A stretch of 63,423 nucleotides of DNA, counting the filler, from Guillardia theta CCMP2712 (Eukaryota; Protista; Cryptophyta), in NCBI RefSeq assembly GCF_000315625.1. It is 5 parts of 5 records of this genome, joined end to end, with 100 filler letters (N's around TTAATTAATTAA, not from the genome) between each part and the next. Parts side by side here need not be neighbours in the genome. Positions count along the whole stretch, not along the records: positions 1 to 23,264 come from NW_005434360.1; 4 more parts are not named here. The stretch is one strand, 5' to 3'. The notes under the pieces were generated by a model that saw only the letters and a program-made list of their open reading frames with translations, made no database searches and had not been told where the DNA came from. Shown here one piece after another: positions 1 to 11,696 of this stretch (position 1 is the first letter of the stretch; every line of letters begins with the position of its first letter). Both the position numbers and the translations under genes were made by a program.

Positions 1-55
1 TGTGACGTTGGTCCACCCCTACATTGGTAGCTCTGCCGACCTGACTTCGAGAGTT

Positions 56-3000
56 TTACTCGCATAAGGTAGCAAGTGCCTCAAGCGACATCCTCATGCA
101 GAAGAAAGCAGCAACAAGCAAAACCGGCACAGCAGAGGAACGCGTCCGCCGCCGCAGAGGCCGCGGACGGAGAAAGGGCAGCCGCCGACAAGGAGCCGGC
201 GCTGCCCGGGGGTCCGCCGGGGACAGAGGGAGGCTGGGCACAGGAGCACGGTACCGCTCGAGGTGACGCATCCAGTCCTCCTGACTAGCCTCGGAGTCAG
301 CGGAAGCCGAGACCAACACCACTGTTTACCTTCTGCGAGTGAAACTTCATACCCGCGACGGCGGCGACGCCGTATCAATGCCCAAGGATGCGCCGCATCA
401 ATGCCCGGGGCTGTGCGGCATCGGAGGCAGGCGAGCTCGGACCAGCAGCAAGCACCCCAGTGGTGTCGAGCTCTCCGGAGGCATCGACTCGTCTACTGAG
501 CACTTCATTCCTCCGCCTGCAGTATGCACAGCGCAATGTGACTCCTCTTGTCATGCGGGTGTTTCCTCGCCACGTCCATGCTCGTGCTGCGCTTACCGAT
601 CAGTAGCTCGAGGTAGAATACGGATTTACTGGCAGAAGGTAAAAAGTGCCTCAAGCAAAACAAAGCAGGAACAAGCTAAACCTCCTGGCACACAGCGCAC
701 AGCGAGAAGCTGCACAATCACACACAAAACACAAGCCCGAAAAGAACCAGCACTGCTGGCAACCAGACGCGGCATCGCCAGCCCAAGCGCGAAGCCGCGC
801 AGACAAGCAGCCGAAGGGTCAAGCAATCAAGCAACAAGCAGCAGGAGCATGCAGGAGGANNNNNNNNNNNNNNNNNNNNNNNNNNNNNNNNNNNNNNNNN
901 NNNNNNNNNNNNNNNNNNNNNNNNNNNNNNNNNNNNNNNNNNNNNNNNNNNNNNNNNNNNNNNNNNNNNNNNNNNNNNNNNNNNNNNNNNNNNNNNNNNN
1001 NNNNNNNNNNGGACTGTGTTGTCGAGCTCTCCGGAGGCACCCGACGTGTTTTGTGTGTGATTGTGCAGCTTCTCGCTGTGTGCTGTGTGCCAGGAGGTTT
1101 AGCTTGTTCCTGCTTTGTTTTGCTTGAGGCACTTTTTACCTTCTGCCAGTAAATCCATTAGGCCGACGTCACAGTGAGGGACGGAGACGCCTCGCCAGCT
1201 CCGCGCCGGTCGTCGGCGCCACTCGAAGTGTTTCCCCCATCGGAGTCGGAGACCTCCGGCGAAGACTCCTCCTCGGGCGACTCGACAAAGTCCTAGGAGG
1301 AGCTGTCCTCTGGCTCGAGAAGTGCTTGCGCCCGCAAGGGCGTCATGCGCCTCGCACCGACTGACCACTGTCAGTCGAGACGTCCGCTGCCGCCACAAAG
1401 CTGGCGGCCGCGGACGGAGAAAGGGCAGCCGCCGACAAGGAGCCGGCGCTGCCCGGGGGTCCGCCTGGGGCAGTAAATCCATTAGCGGACAGAGGGAGGC
1501 TGGGCACAGGAGCACGGTACCGCTCGAGGTGACGCATCCAGTCCTCCTCCTGGTCGGCACTTCGTGCCTGATGACGGACCTGCTGCTGAGGTCTTGGCTC
1601 GCAAACGCGCCGCCACCTATCAGCGCCTCACTATGCAGCTGACGCTGGAGGCGCTCTTGTCTGGTGCGAGGCGCATGACGCCCTTGCGGGCGCAAGCCTG
1701 CGGCACTTCTCGAGCCAGAGGACAGCTCCTCCTCGGACTTTGTCGAGTCGCCCGAGGAGGAGTCTTCGCCGGAGGTCTCCGACTCCGATGGGGGAAACAT
1801 CCAGAGTGGCGCCGACGATCGGCGCGGAGCTGGCGAGGCGTCTCCGTCCCTCACTGCCGGTTCAGCTTGTTCCTGCTTTGTTTTGCTTGAGGCACTTTTT
1901 ACCTTCTGCCAGTAAATCCTATACTGGCTCACTGTGTCTTTGTTTTGCTCGAGGCACTTTTTACCTTCTGCCAGTAAATCCATCTACTGTGACGTCGGGT
2001 GCCTCCGGTGCCTGGAGGTTTAGCTTGTTCCTGCTTTGTTTTGCTTGAGGCACTTTTTACCTTCTGCCAGTAAATCCACTATCTTCTAGCTCGACACCAC
2101 TGGGGTGCTTGCTGCTGGTCCGAGCTCGCCTGCTTCCTCCCCGGCATCGGTCGGGTCACGCCGGTCCTTGGGCATTGCTGCGGCGTCGCCGCCGTCACGG
2201 GCGGCTACCGCTGACTCGGCTACCGCTGACTCGGAGGCTAGCGAGGAGGACTAAATATAGGATTTACTGGCAGAAGGTAAAAAGTGCCTCAAGCAAAACA
2301 AAGCAGGAACAAGCTGAACCGGCAGGCACACAGTCCACAGCGAGAAGCTGCACAAACACACACAAAACACAAGCCCGAAAAAGAACCAGCACTGCTGNNN
2401 NNNNNNNNNNNNNNNNNNNNNNNNNNNNNNNNNNNNNNNNNNNNNNNNNNNNNNNNNNNNNNNNNNNNNNNNNNNNNNNNNNNNNNNNNNNNNNNNNNNN
2501 NNNNNNNNNNNNNNNNNNNNNNNNNNNNNNNNNNNNNNNNNNNNNNNNNNNNNNNNNNNNNNNNNNNNNNNNNNNNNNNNNNNNNNNNNNNNNNNNNNNN
2601 NNNNNNNNNNNNNNNNNNNNNNNNNNNNNNNNNNNNNNNNNNNNNNNNNNNNNNNNNNNNNNNNNNNNNNNNNNNNNNNNNNNNNNNNNNNNNNNNNNNN
2701 NNNNNNNNNNNNNNNNNNNNNNNNNNNNNNNNNNNNNNNNNNNNNNNNNNNNNNNNNNNNNNNNNNNNNNNNNNNNNNNNNNNNNNNNNNNNNNNNNNNN
2801 NNNNNNNNNNNNNNNNNNNNNNNNNNNNNNNNNNNNNNNNNNNNNNNNNNNNNNNNNNNAGGTATAGGATTTACTGGCAGAAGGTAAAAAGTGCCTCAAG
2901 CAAAATAAAGCAGGAACAAGCTGAACCGGCAGGCACACAGTCCACAGCGAGAAGCTGCACAAACACACACAAAACACAAGCCCGAGAAGAACCAGCACTG

Positions 3001-4175
3001 CTGGCACCCAGACGCGGCACCGCCAGCCCAAGCGCGAAGCCGCGCAGACAAGCAGCCTAAGGGTCAAGCAATCAAGCAACAAGCAGCAAGAGCATGCAGG
3101 AGGAATAAAATCCCTTAGTCGCGATACCCGCTAAATGTCCGGAGAACCTCATTGAATAAATGTGGGGAGATGGAGAGCTCATGCGATGTTGTCGTGACCA
3201 TACGTGATCAAAAGGAACAAATAGAGGGCCCGGTTATTTGTCAGCCTCTAAATGTCCGAAGAAGCAATGTATAACACTGTATGTAATCAATCATTATTTA
3301 AGGGCCTTTACTAGGTCATACAGGAAGGAATACGGATTTACTGGCAGAAGGGATTCAGCGGCTATGTTCTGATGTTGTGCTTATGTGATTCATAGATATC
3401 ACACATAAAGCCTCATGTTGCAGCGTCTGAGAAGATTCGCAAACATCGCGCTGGATATGCCATGACTACTCCTCCTCGAGCGTTCATCCCTCTTGCCATC
3501 TCGACGGACGGTACTCTGCATCCTGACCCCCTCCGCTTCATCTGGTATCTGGCGGACATCATTGCTCAGCGCTCGGCCGGTGCCTCTTGAGGACGCGCCG
3601 CCACCTATCAGCGCCTCACTATGCAGCTGACGCTGGAGGCGCTCCTGTTTGGTGTCGGCCTCCGGGAGGCGCACTTTGTCGAGTCGCCGCCGGGCCGAGG
3701 AGTCTTCGCCGGAGGTCTCCGACTCCGATGGGGGAAACATCCACTCGACACCAGTGGGCGTGCTTGCTGCTGGTCCGAGCTCGCCGCCTGCCTCCGCTGA
3801 CTCGGAGGCTAGTGAGGAGGCCGCTGCCCCAGGCGGACCCCCGGGCAGAGCCGGCTCCTTGTCGGCGGCTGACTCTTTCTGCGTCCGCGGCCGCCGGAAG
3901 TAGTGGATTTACTGGCAGAAGGTAAAAAGTGCCTCAAGCAAAACAAAGCAGGAACAAGCTAAACCTCCTGGCACACAACGCACAGCGAGAAGCTGCACAA
4001 TCACACACAAAACAAAAGCCCGAAAAGAACCAGCACTGCTGGCACCCAGACTCTCACGCGGCACCGCCAGCCCAAGCGCGAAGCCGCGCAGACAAGCAGC
4101 CGAAGGGTCAAGCAATCAAGCAACAAGCAGCAGGAGCATGCAGGAGGATAAAATCCCTTAGACGCGATACCCGGA
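56..4175. repeat. Scrambled mosaic of a ~270-bp module and fragments of a GC-rich master sequence, in both orientations
   Basis: Module GGATTTACTGGCAGAAGGTAAAAAGTGCCTCAAGCAAAACAAAGC... starts at 622, 2260, 2867, 3334 (18-nt tip) and 3905, and is inverted ending at 1156, 1480 (tip), 1919, 1981 and 2077. GC-rich pieces recur, e.g. GCCGCGGACGGAGAAAGGGCAGCCGCCGACAAGG near 160 and 1407, and GAGGAGTCTTCGCCGGAGGTCTCCGACTCCGATGGGGGAAACA near 1757, 3697 and inverted near 1227. Confidence 0.85.
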
Positions 4176-4374
4176 CTCGCCGGTATCGCCGGCCGGGCGA
4201 GTCTAAGAAAGTTTGTCTGACGGTTTAGTCAATAAAACAATCAAAACATATTAGTCAATTACAGGAAACATTATTAGTCAACTATCGGGATTTGTCGGGC
4301 ATGCAGGTCGCCAAGTCGGCGCGGGAGCGAGGGAACGAGATGGCGAGAAGGAGAAGACACGAGGAGGCGCTGGT

Positions 4375-4744
4375 AGCTGCTCCATGCTGCTCCATGCTGC
4401 TCCATGCTGCTCCATGCTGCTCCATGCTGCTCCATGCTGCTCCATGCTGATCTACATGCTGCTCCATGCTGCTCCATGCTGCTCCATGCTGCTCCATGCT
4501 GCTCCATGCTGCTCCATGCTGCTCCATGCTGATCTACATGCTGCTCCATGCTGATCTACATGCTGCTCCATGCTGATCTACATGCTGCTCCATGCTGCTC
4601 CATGCTGATCTACATGCTGCTCCACATGCTGCTCCATGCTGCTCCACATGCTGCTCCATGCTGATCTACATGCTGCTCCATGCTGCTCCATGCTGCTCTA
4701 CATGCTGATCTACATGCTGCTCCATGCTGATCTACATGCTGCTC
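4375..4744. repeat. (CATGCTGCTC)n 10-bp tandem repeat with CATGCTGATCTA variants
   Basis: Directly visible tandem array. Confidence 0.95.
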
Positions 4745-5260
4745 GATGATACCTCTCCCTCTTTCATGATCCCACTCCCTTGTGGCTCCTCTCGTGCGAT
4801 GCTCTTCCGACATGTTTATATTCTCAGCTGCTGTGCCTTCTCATTCCATATCGTGTTCGACTTCCTCCTAACCATCCTCATCCTCGTCATCAACCTCTGC
4901 ATCGATCTGTTGTTACATCTTGACTTGTGCCTGTTGGCTTCTTCATCTCGTCAGAAACTTTGAAGTTCTTCTCTTCCTGCCCCCTGCTCAACCTCTTTCT
5001 TGCCTGCACTGATATTCATCCTGCTTGTCTCTTGTCCCGTCTTGTGTTGCATGTTTCCCTTCTCGAGCTCTTGGTTCTCATCATCGTCGGCTCCATCACT
5101 TCTTGTCCTCTTCCTCATGCTCCGCTAGGCCGCTTACGGTGAGGGTGCACGTGTGCTCGAGGGGGAGACCAGCGAGGGGGCACGAGAGCTTGCGTCCGTC
5201 CTCGAGCTCAACAGAGCCCATTGCCTGCTCAAGCTGGGAAGGTGAGATCACATCCTGACA

Positions 5261-6078
5261 CTAGAGCTAGAGCTAGAGCTAGAGCTAGAGCTAGAGCTAG
5301 AGCTAGAGCTAGAGCTAGAGCGAGAGCGAGAGCTAGAGCTAGAGCTAGAGCTAGAGCTAGAGCTAGAGCTAGAGCTAGAGCTAGAGCTAGAGCTAGAGCT
5401 AGAGCTAGAGCTAGAGCTAGAGCTAGAGCTAGAGCTAGAGCTAGAGCTAGAGCTAGAGCTAGAGCTAGAGATAGAGCTAGAGCTAGAGCTAGAGCTAGAG
5501 CTAGAGCTATCTAGCTCTAGCTCTAGCTAGAGCTAGAGCTAGAGCTAGAGCTAGAGCTAGAGCTAGAGCTAGAGCTAGAGCTAGAGCTAGAGCTAGAGCT
5601 AGCGCTAGCGCTAGAGCTAGAGCTAGAGCTAGAGCTAGAGCTAGAGCTAGAGCTAGAGCTAGAGCTAGAGCTAGCGCTAGCGCTAGCGCTAGAGCTAGAG
5701 CTAGAGCTAGAGCTAGAGCTAGAGCTAGAGCTAGAGCTAGAGCTAGAGCTAGAGCTAGAGCTTATAGAATCGGGTAGTCCCAAAGCTAGAGCTAGAGCTA
5801 GAGCTAGAGCTAGAGCTAGAGCTAGAGCTAGAGCTAGAGCTAGAGCTAGAGCTAGAGCCAGAGCTAGAGCTAGAGCTAGAGCTAGAGCTAGAGCTAGAGC
5901 TAGAGCTAGAGCTAGAGCTAGAGCTAGAGCTAGAGCTAGAGCTAGAGCTAGAGCTAGAGCTAGAGCTAGAGCTAGAGCTAGAGCTAGAGCTAGAGCTAGA
6001 GCTAGAGCTAGAGCTATCTAGCTCTAGCTCTAGCTAGAGCTAGAGCTAGAGCTAGCGCTAGTGCTAGTGCTAGAGCTG
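5261..6078. repeat. (CTAGAG)n hexamer microsatellite
   Basis: ~800 bp visible array with CTAGCG/CTCTAG variants and one short unique insert at about 5763-5783. Confidence 0.97.
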
Positions 6079-6181
6079 GATGTGGGGCAAGTGTCCGCAT
6101 TCATGTATGTGCCATCAGGTTTCAAGAGGCTCTGGCCTCGTGCTCGACTGTGATCCAGTCCAACTCGTCCTGTGTGAAGGC

Positions 6182-9100
6182 ATGGTACAGGAGAGCTCAG
6201 GTCTCCCCCGCTTCTCCTCTCGTTCTCCTCTTGTTCTGCTCCTCTTTCTCCGTCTCTCCTCTACTGCTGTAGACCAGGACCTCTAGATCCTCTCACTTGC
6301 TCTTGAAGGCTCATCAGCAACTCGGGTCCCTACGGGAGGCAATGGAAGACTACAGGTATGCTGGTCGTGGTGGTGGTGGTGGTGGAGGAGGAGCGCTAAC
6401 TGAGGGTGGAAACAGGATGGTGCTTAGGCTCGAGCCCAACGAGGCATCAGCGGTCTTGAGGAGGGGGAGGAGAAGGAGGTGAGGGCTCCTGATAGCCTCT
6501 GCAGGTGGAAGGAGCAAGAGAATGTGCGAGGCTGCTGGAGGAGAGGAGGGAGAAGGAAGCGGGAGGCACAGACAAGCTGCGGGAGCTGGTGAAGCTGCTC
6601 GAGCTGCTAGACGGCAAGGCAGAAGACGACGAAGAGAACCTGCGCCGGCTGAGGAGAATAACCTGTGTGGGAGATGACTGTGATGACGTCATCAAGAAGC
6701 TTATCAGCAATCGCGAACTACTGCAGGTGCCTTGCTCGATCGTTTCCTCCCCTTCATCCCTCACCTCTCCCTCTCCCTATAGCTTCACCTACTTGTCTTC
6801 TCCCTCTTACCTCGCTTGCCCTTACTTGTGGTCTGATCGCTCGTGCGAATGGTTAGAAACTCTGCCGACTCCTTGCGGGAGGAGGAGGAGGGGGAGGAAG
6901 AGGAGGAGGAGGAGGAACAACTGGAACGGAAGCAGGAGCGGAAGGGTTTGTGAACAAGCACAACCTGCGAGCACATGTGGTTCTCGACGTTCTGCTCCGA
7001 GTGTCGCAGCAACAGCAGGGAGCTGCTGCCGTCGCAGCTGTGCTCGATGAAGCTTGTCTTGCCCCATCCCTCGCCGTCCTCGCAGATTTCCCAACAGCAG
7101 CTCGCGCTATGGCTCTCGCCTCCTCCCTCTCCTCTCAGTCGTCGCCTCCTCCTTTCCTCCGCAGCCCTTCGAGCGTGCAACTGATCGTTGACGCCATGGT
7201 CAAGACAAGCAAGAGCATGCGGCACGAGGAGGAAGCGAACGAGGTGACTCGTTGCGTCTCCTCCTTCCCAGCTCCTTCTCCAGCTGCTTCTCTGCTCTCT
7301 CCCTCACTCTCGACCTAGGACGCCAAGTCTCTGGCTGTCGCTGCCATGGATTGGGTGAGCTTCTCCCTCTTCTTCTCTCCTTCTCTTCTACTTCTGATCG
7401 TCGTCTCTCTCAGTTCGTCAAGCTCGCGTTGCCCACCGACGCTCTAGCTCGAGATTTCGTGCGCCTCTTCTTGCGGACGAAGGGGATGGAGTGTATGCAG
7501 GAGTTTGCGGGTAGGAGGGAGGAGGAGCTGCAGGCGAGGAGCCTGGCAGTCTTCAAGACTTGTGTGGATCTGATAGGAGACGAGGAGAGCAAGAGCTTGT
7601 TCCTCGACCGCGCCCTCCCTCCTCTCAAGCAAGTTATCCTCTCGCCTTCCCCTCCTTCTCAGCTCGCCAACTCTCTCTCCAGCCTCGCCCTCCTCGCCCA
7701 GGTACATTCTTGCTCGCTTCCCCTTCTCGCACTTGCTGTCTACTCCTCTCACTCTTCCTCCCCGGCTTCTCTCCTGCTCCTCCTGCTCCTGCTCCTGTTC
7801 CTCCTGGTCCTCCTGCTCCTGCTCCTGCTCCTCCTGCTCCTGCTCCTGTTCCTCCTGGTCCTCCTGCTCCTGCTCCTGCTCCTCCTCCTCCTGCTCCTCC
7901 TGCTCCTCCATTTCTTCGTCTCACATTTCATGCAGAGTGACAAGAATCTCGCTGTGCAACTTACAAGAAGCAGCGCTCTCCTCGAGGCAGTCATAGCCAA
8001 GGTCACACACCCTCCTCCTCCTATTCCACTTCCCTTCCTCCCAAGCTAACTCTCTTCGCTCTCAAGCTCCACCTGCTCCTGCTCCTCTGCCCCTGCTCCT
8101 GGTTTTCTCGCTGATGGCTCGCAGTTCTCCTCTCCTCCAAATGTTCGGGTGGCTGCTGCTGAGCTACTCAGGTCCCTTCCCTCCTGTATCATCTGTGTTA
8201 TGTCTGTGTCATGTCTTATCTCTTGTATGATGTGATATGTTATGTGTTATCTCTTGTATGATGTGATGTGTTATGTCTTATCTCCTGTATGATGTGATAT
8301 GTTATGTCTTATCTCTTGTATGATGTGATATGTTATGTGTTATCTCTTGTATGATGTGATATGTTATGTGTTATCTCTTGTATGATGTGATGTGTTATGT
8401 CTTATCTCCTGTATGATGTGATATGTTATGTCTTATCTCTTGTATGATGTGATATGTTATGTCTTATCTCCTGTATGATGTGATGTGTTATGTCTTATCT
8501 CCTGTATGATGTGATGTGTTATGTCTTATCTCCTGTATGATGTGATATGTTATGTCTTATCTCCTGTATGATGTGATGTGTTATGTCTTATCTCCTGTAT
8601 GATGTGATATGTTATGTCTTATCTCTTGTATGATGTGATGTGTTATGTCTTATCTCTTGTATGATGTGATGTGTTATGTCTTATCTCCTGTATCTTCTCA
8701 TCTCTTCTCCTCTTATCATCTCCTTGCAGCGCTTTCATGGTCGGTTCGGACTCGCTCGCTCGACTGCTTCACGCGGGCTCCCTCTCTCCTCTTCTCCTCC
8801 TCGCCACCGATCCGCAGGTTCGCCAGCTCCTCCTCCCCCGCGACCTCACCAGACGTAGGAAGAAGTTCGAGCCGCCGCCGCCATCGCCCTCGCGAAGATG
8901 GCCGCACTGAGCGAGGAGGCACGTGAGGTAGTGGAGGAGGAGGAGGAGGAGGAGGAGGGAGGGAGAGAGGAGGAGGAGTTGAGGATCGGCTGTCAGATAA
9001 TCGTTGAAGAGGGAGGAGGAGATCTCTTCTTGGAGCTTCTCCGTTCGGAAAAGATTTCAGTAAAGGTAGAGGAGGAGGAGGAGGAGAAGGAAGCAATCTG

Positions 9101-9223
9101 ATTGAGAGCAGAGAAAAGCTGCTGAAGGTCTTGGTATTCTTCTCCTCTCTCAGAGAAACTGCGATGGTATCCGTGACCTCCTTGTCTCTGAACCTGCGAT
9201 GAAGGCAAGTCCTCGTGCTCCTG

Positions 9224-9269
<46 letters not shown>

Positions 9270-10294
9270 TGCTTTCTCCTCCTCCTCCTGCTCCTTCTTG
9301 ACTTCTCGATGAGTGCAGACTCTTCAAGAAGCCGCCAGCTACCCGGACATGATGGTGAGGAGGAGGAGAGGAAGGGGGAAGGAGAGGAGAGGGAGGGGGA
9401 GGGAGAGGCAGCGAGGATCTGAGGCAGTGCAGGTGAGCTACGGCCTGAGCTTGTGCTTGAGAAACGCGACGATGCGGCAAGTGATTGACCAGGACGAGGA
9501 GCAGGAGGTGAGGAAGAGAGGGGACGAGGAGGAGGAGGAGGAGGCGGCGGCAGGGATTGACGGGTCAGCAGATGATGCAGCGACTTAGGATGATGGCAGA
9601 GCCGGACGAGGAGGGACGGGCGAGAAGAGCAGAGGAGGTGGAGAAGCAGATGGAGGACATCAAGAAGCAGAGAGCCGAAGTCGAGGTGAAGCCTCCTCCT
9701 CCTCCCGCCTCCTTCCTCTCCCGCCTTTCGCTCCCTTGCCATCCGTCCTCGTCCTCTTCTTAGCTGAAGTTACCCTCGTCTTGCAGGAACGGACTGCAGC
9801 ATTTCGAGAACGATTTGTACGAGCGAGGTGAGAAGAGGAGAGGAGAGGAGGAGAGGAGGAGCGAAAGTTATGCTGTTGCAGGGGGACGAGGGTCATGGGA
9901 GAGCTCGCAAGAAAAGAGTCGCTAGGAGTCCATCATCTCCTCTCTCACGTCTTCCTCGCCCTCTCCCTTAACCCCTCCACTCGCGGTATCATGGTCCAGG
10001 TACCTCGACCTCCTCCTCCTCCTCCTCCTCCTCCTCCTCCTCCTTCTCCTCCTCCTTCTCCTTCTCCTTCTCCTCCTCCCTCCTCCTCCTCCTTCTCCTT
10101 CTCCTCCGTCCGTCAGTCCGTCCCTCCTTCCTTTCCTCCCTCCTGCTCTCTCCATCTTCCTCCCTTCCTGCCCCTGCTTGTCTTGAGCAGCAACAGCTCG
10201 TCCCCTCCCCCTCCTCTCTTCGCTTATCGCCCGCTAGGACGGTGCCATGAAGACTCTCTGCGCGTTGGGCAAAAACATGACCGAAGAGGACATG
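6182..10294 (+). CDS. UNC45: UNC-45-like TPR + ARM/UCS myosin chaperone, multi-exon, 3' end lost in gap (boundaries approximate)
   Basis: Exon peptides: TPR-like LLLKAHQQLGSLREAMEDYR/MVLRLEPNEASA; helical ARM-like exons (FVKLALPTDALARDFVRLFL..., IIVEEGGGDLFLELL, VSYGLSLCLRNAT); UCS-like LLSHVFLALSLNPSTRGIMVQ|xGAMKTLCAL. GT-AG introns filled with simple repeats. Confidence 0.6.
8205..8693. repeat. 31-bp intronic minisatellite (GTTATGTCTTATCTCYTGTATGATGTGATRT)n
   Basis: Unit starts at 8301 and 8332 give period 31; about 15 copies. Confidence 0.93.
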
Positions 10295-11131
10295 NNNNNN
10301 NNNNNNNNNNNNNNNNNNNNNNNNNNNNNNNNNNNNNNNNNNNNNNNNNNNNNNNNNNNNNNNNNNNNNNNNNNNNNNNNNNNNNNNNNNNNNNNNNNNN
10401 NNNNNNNNNNNNNNNNNNNNNNNNNNNNNNNNNNNNNNNNNNNNNNNNNNNNNNNNNNNNNNNNNNNNNNNNNNNNNNNNNNNNNNNNNNNNNNNNNNNN
10501 NNNNNNNNNNNNNNNNNNNNNNNNNNNNNNNNNNNNNNNNNNNNNNNNNNNNNNNNNNNNNNNNNNNNNNNNNNNNNNNNNNNNNNNNNNNNNNNNNNNN
10601 NNNNNNNNNNNNNNNNNNNNNNNNNNNNNNNNNNNNNNNNNNNNNNNNNNNNNNNNNNNNNNNNNNNNNNNNNNNNNNNNNNNNNNNNNNNNNNNNNNNN
10701 NNNNNNNNNNNNNNNNNNNNNNNNNNNNNNNNNNNNNNNNNNNNNNNNNNNNNNNNNNNNNNNNNNNNNNNNNNNNNNNNNNNNNNNNNNNNNNNNNNNN
10801 NNNNNNNNNNNNNNNNNNNNNNNNNNNNNNNNNNNNNNNNNNNNNNNNNNNNNNNNNNNNNNNNNNNNNNNNNNNNNNNNNNNNNNNNNNNNNNNNNNNN
10901 NNNNNNNNNNNNNNNNNNNNNNNNNNNNNNNNNNNNNNNNNNNNNNNNNNNNNNNNNNNNNNNNNNNNNNNNNNNNNNNNNNNNNNNNNNNNNNNNNNNN
11001 NNNNNNNNNNNNNNNNNNNNNNNNNNNNNNNNNNNNNNNNNNNNNNNNNNNNNNNNNNNNNNNNNNNNNNNNNNNNNNNNNNNNNNNNNNNNNNNNNGAG
11101 GGTACACTGCCGGATCACGTGCAACACTTCT

Positions 11132-11660
11132 TCACGGACTTGTCGTCTGTCCGTCACAGCGAGCTGAGAAACCCCGCGGACTTCTCCTTGTCCATGGAGG
11201 AGGCGATTTCGCCGTAACAGAGTTGTCAGTGGCAGTAGCGGAGGAGGAGGAGGAGGAGCAAGGGGGAGAATGAAAGGAGGAGGAGGAGGGGAGAGGAGGA
11301 GGGGAGAGGAGGAGGGGAGAGGAGGAGGGGAGAGGAGGAGGGAGAGGAGGAGGGGAGAGGAGGAGGGGAGAGGAGGAGGAGGAGAGAGGAGGAGGAGGAG
11401 GAGGAGGAGGAGGAGGAGGAGGAGGAGGAGGAGGAGGAGGTGATATCAACGGCAGGGGGAGGGGAATGGTCTGTCGAAGTTGGTGGAGCTACTGGTGAGG
11501 AGGAGCAACTAGTTGCTGGGGGGCAGCTGGTGACGCCTGCGGCAGAAACACGGAGAGGAGAAGATCATGCATCCTGCTGCTCATACCCTCCTCTCCCTCC
11601 TCCAAGATGATCCCAACGTACGTCCTGCCTCCTCCTCCTGCCTGCTGCCTCCTCCTCCTG

Positions 11661-11696
<36 letters not shown>

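Noticed and set aside
5221-5783. Poly-RA and poly-S ORFs, and the many poly-E/P/L/G ORFs across host blocks
   Set aside because: Translations of microsatellites and repeat-filled introns.
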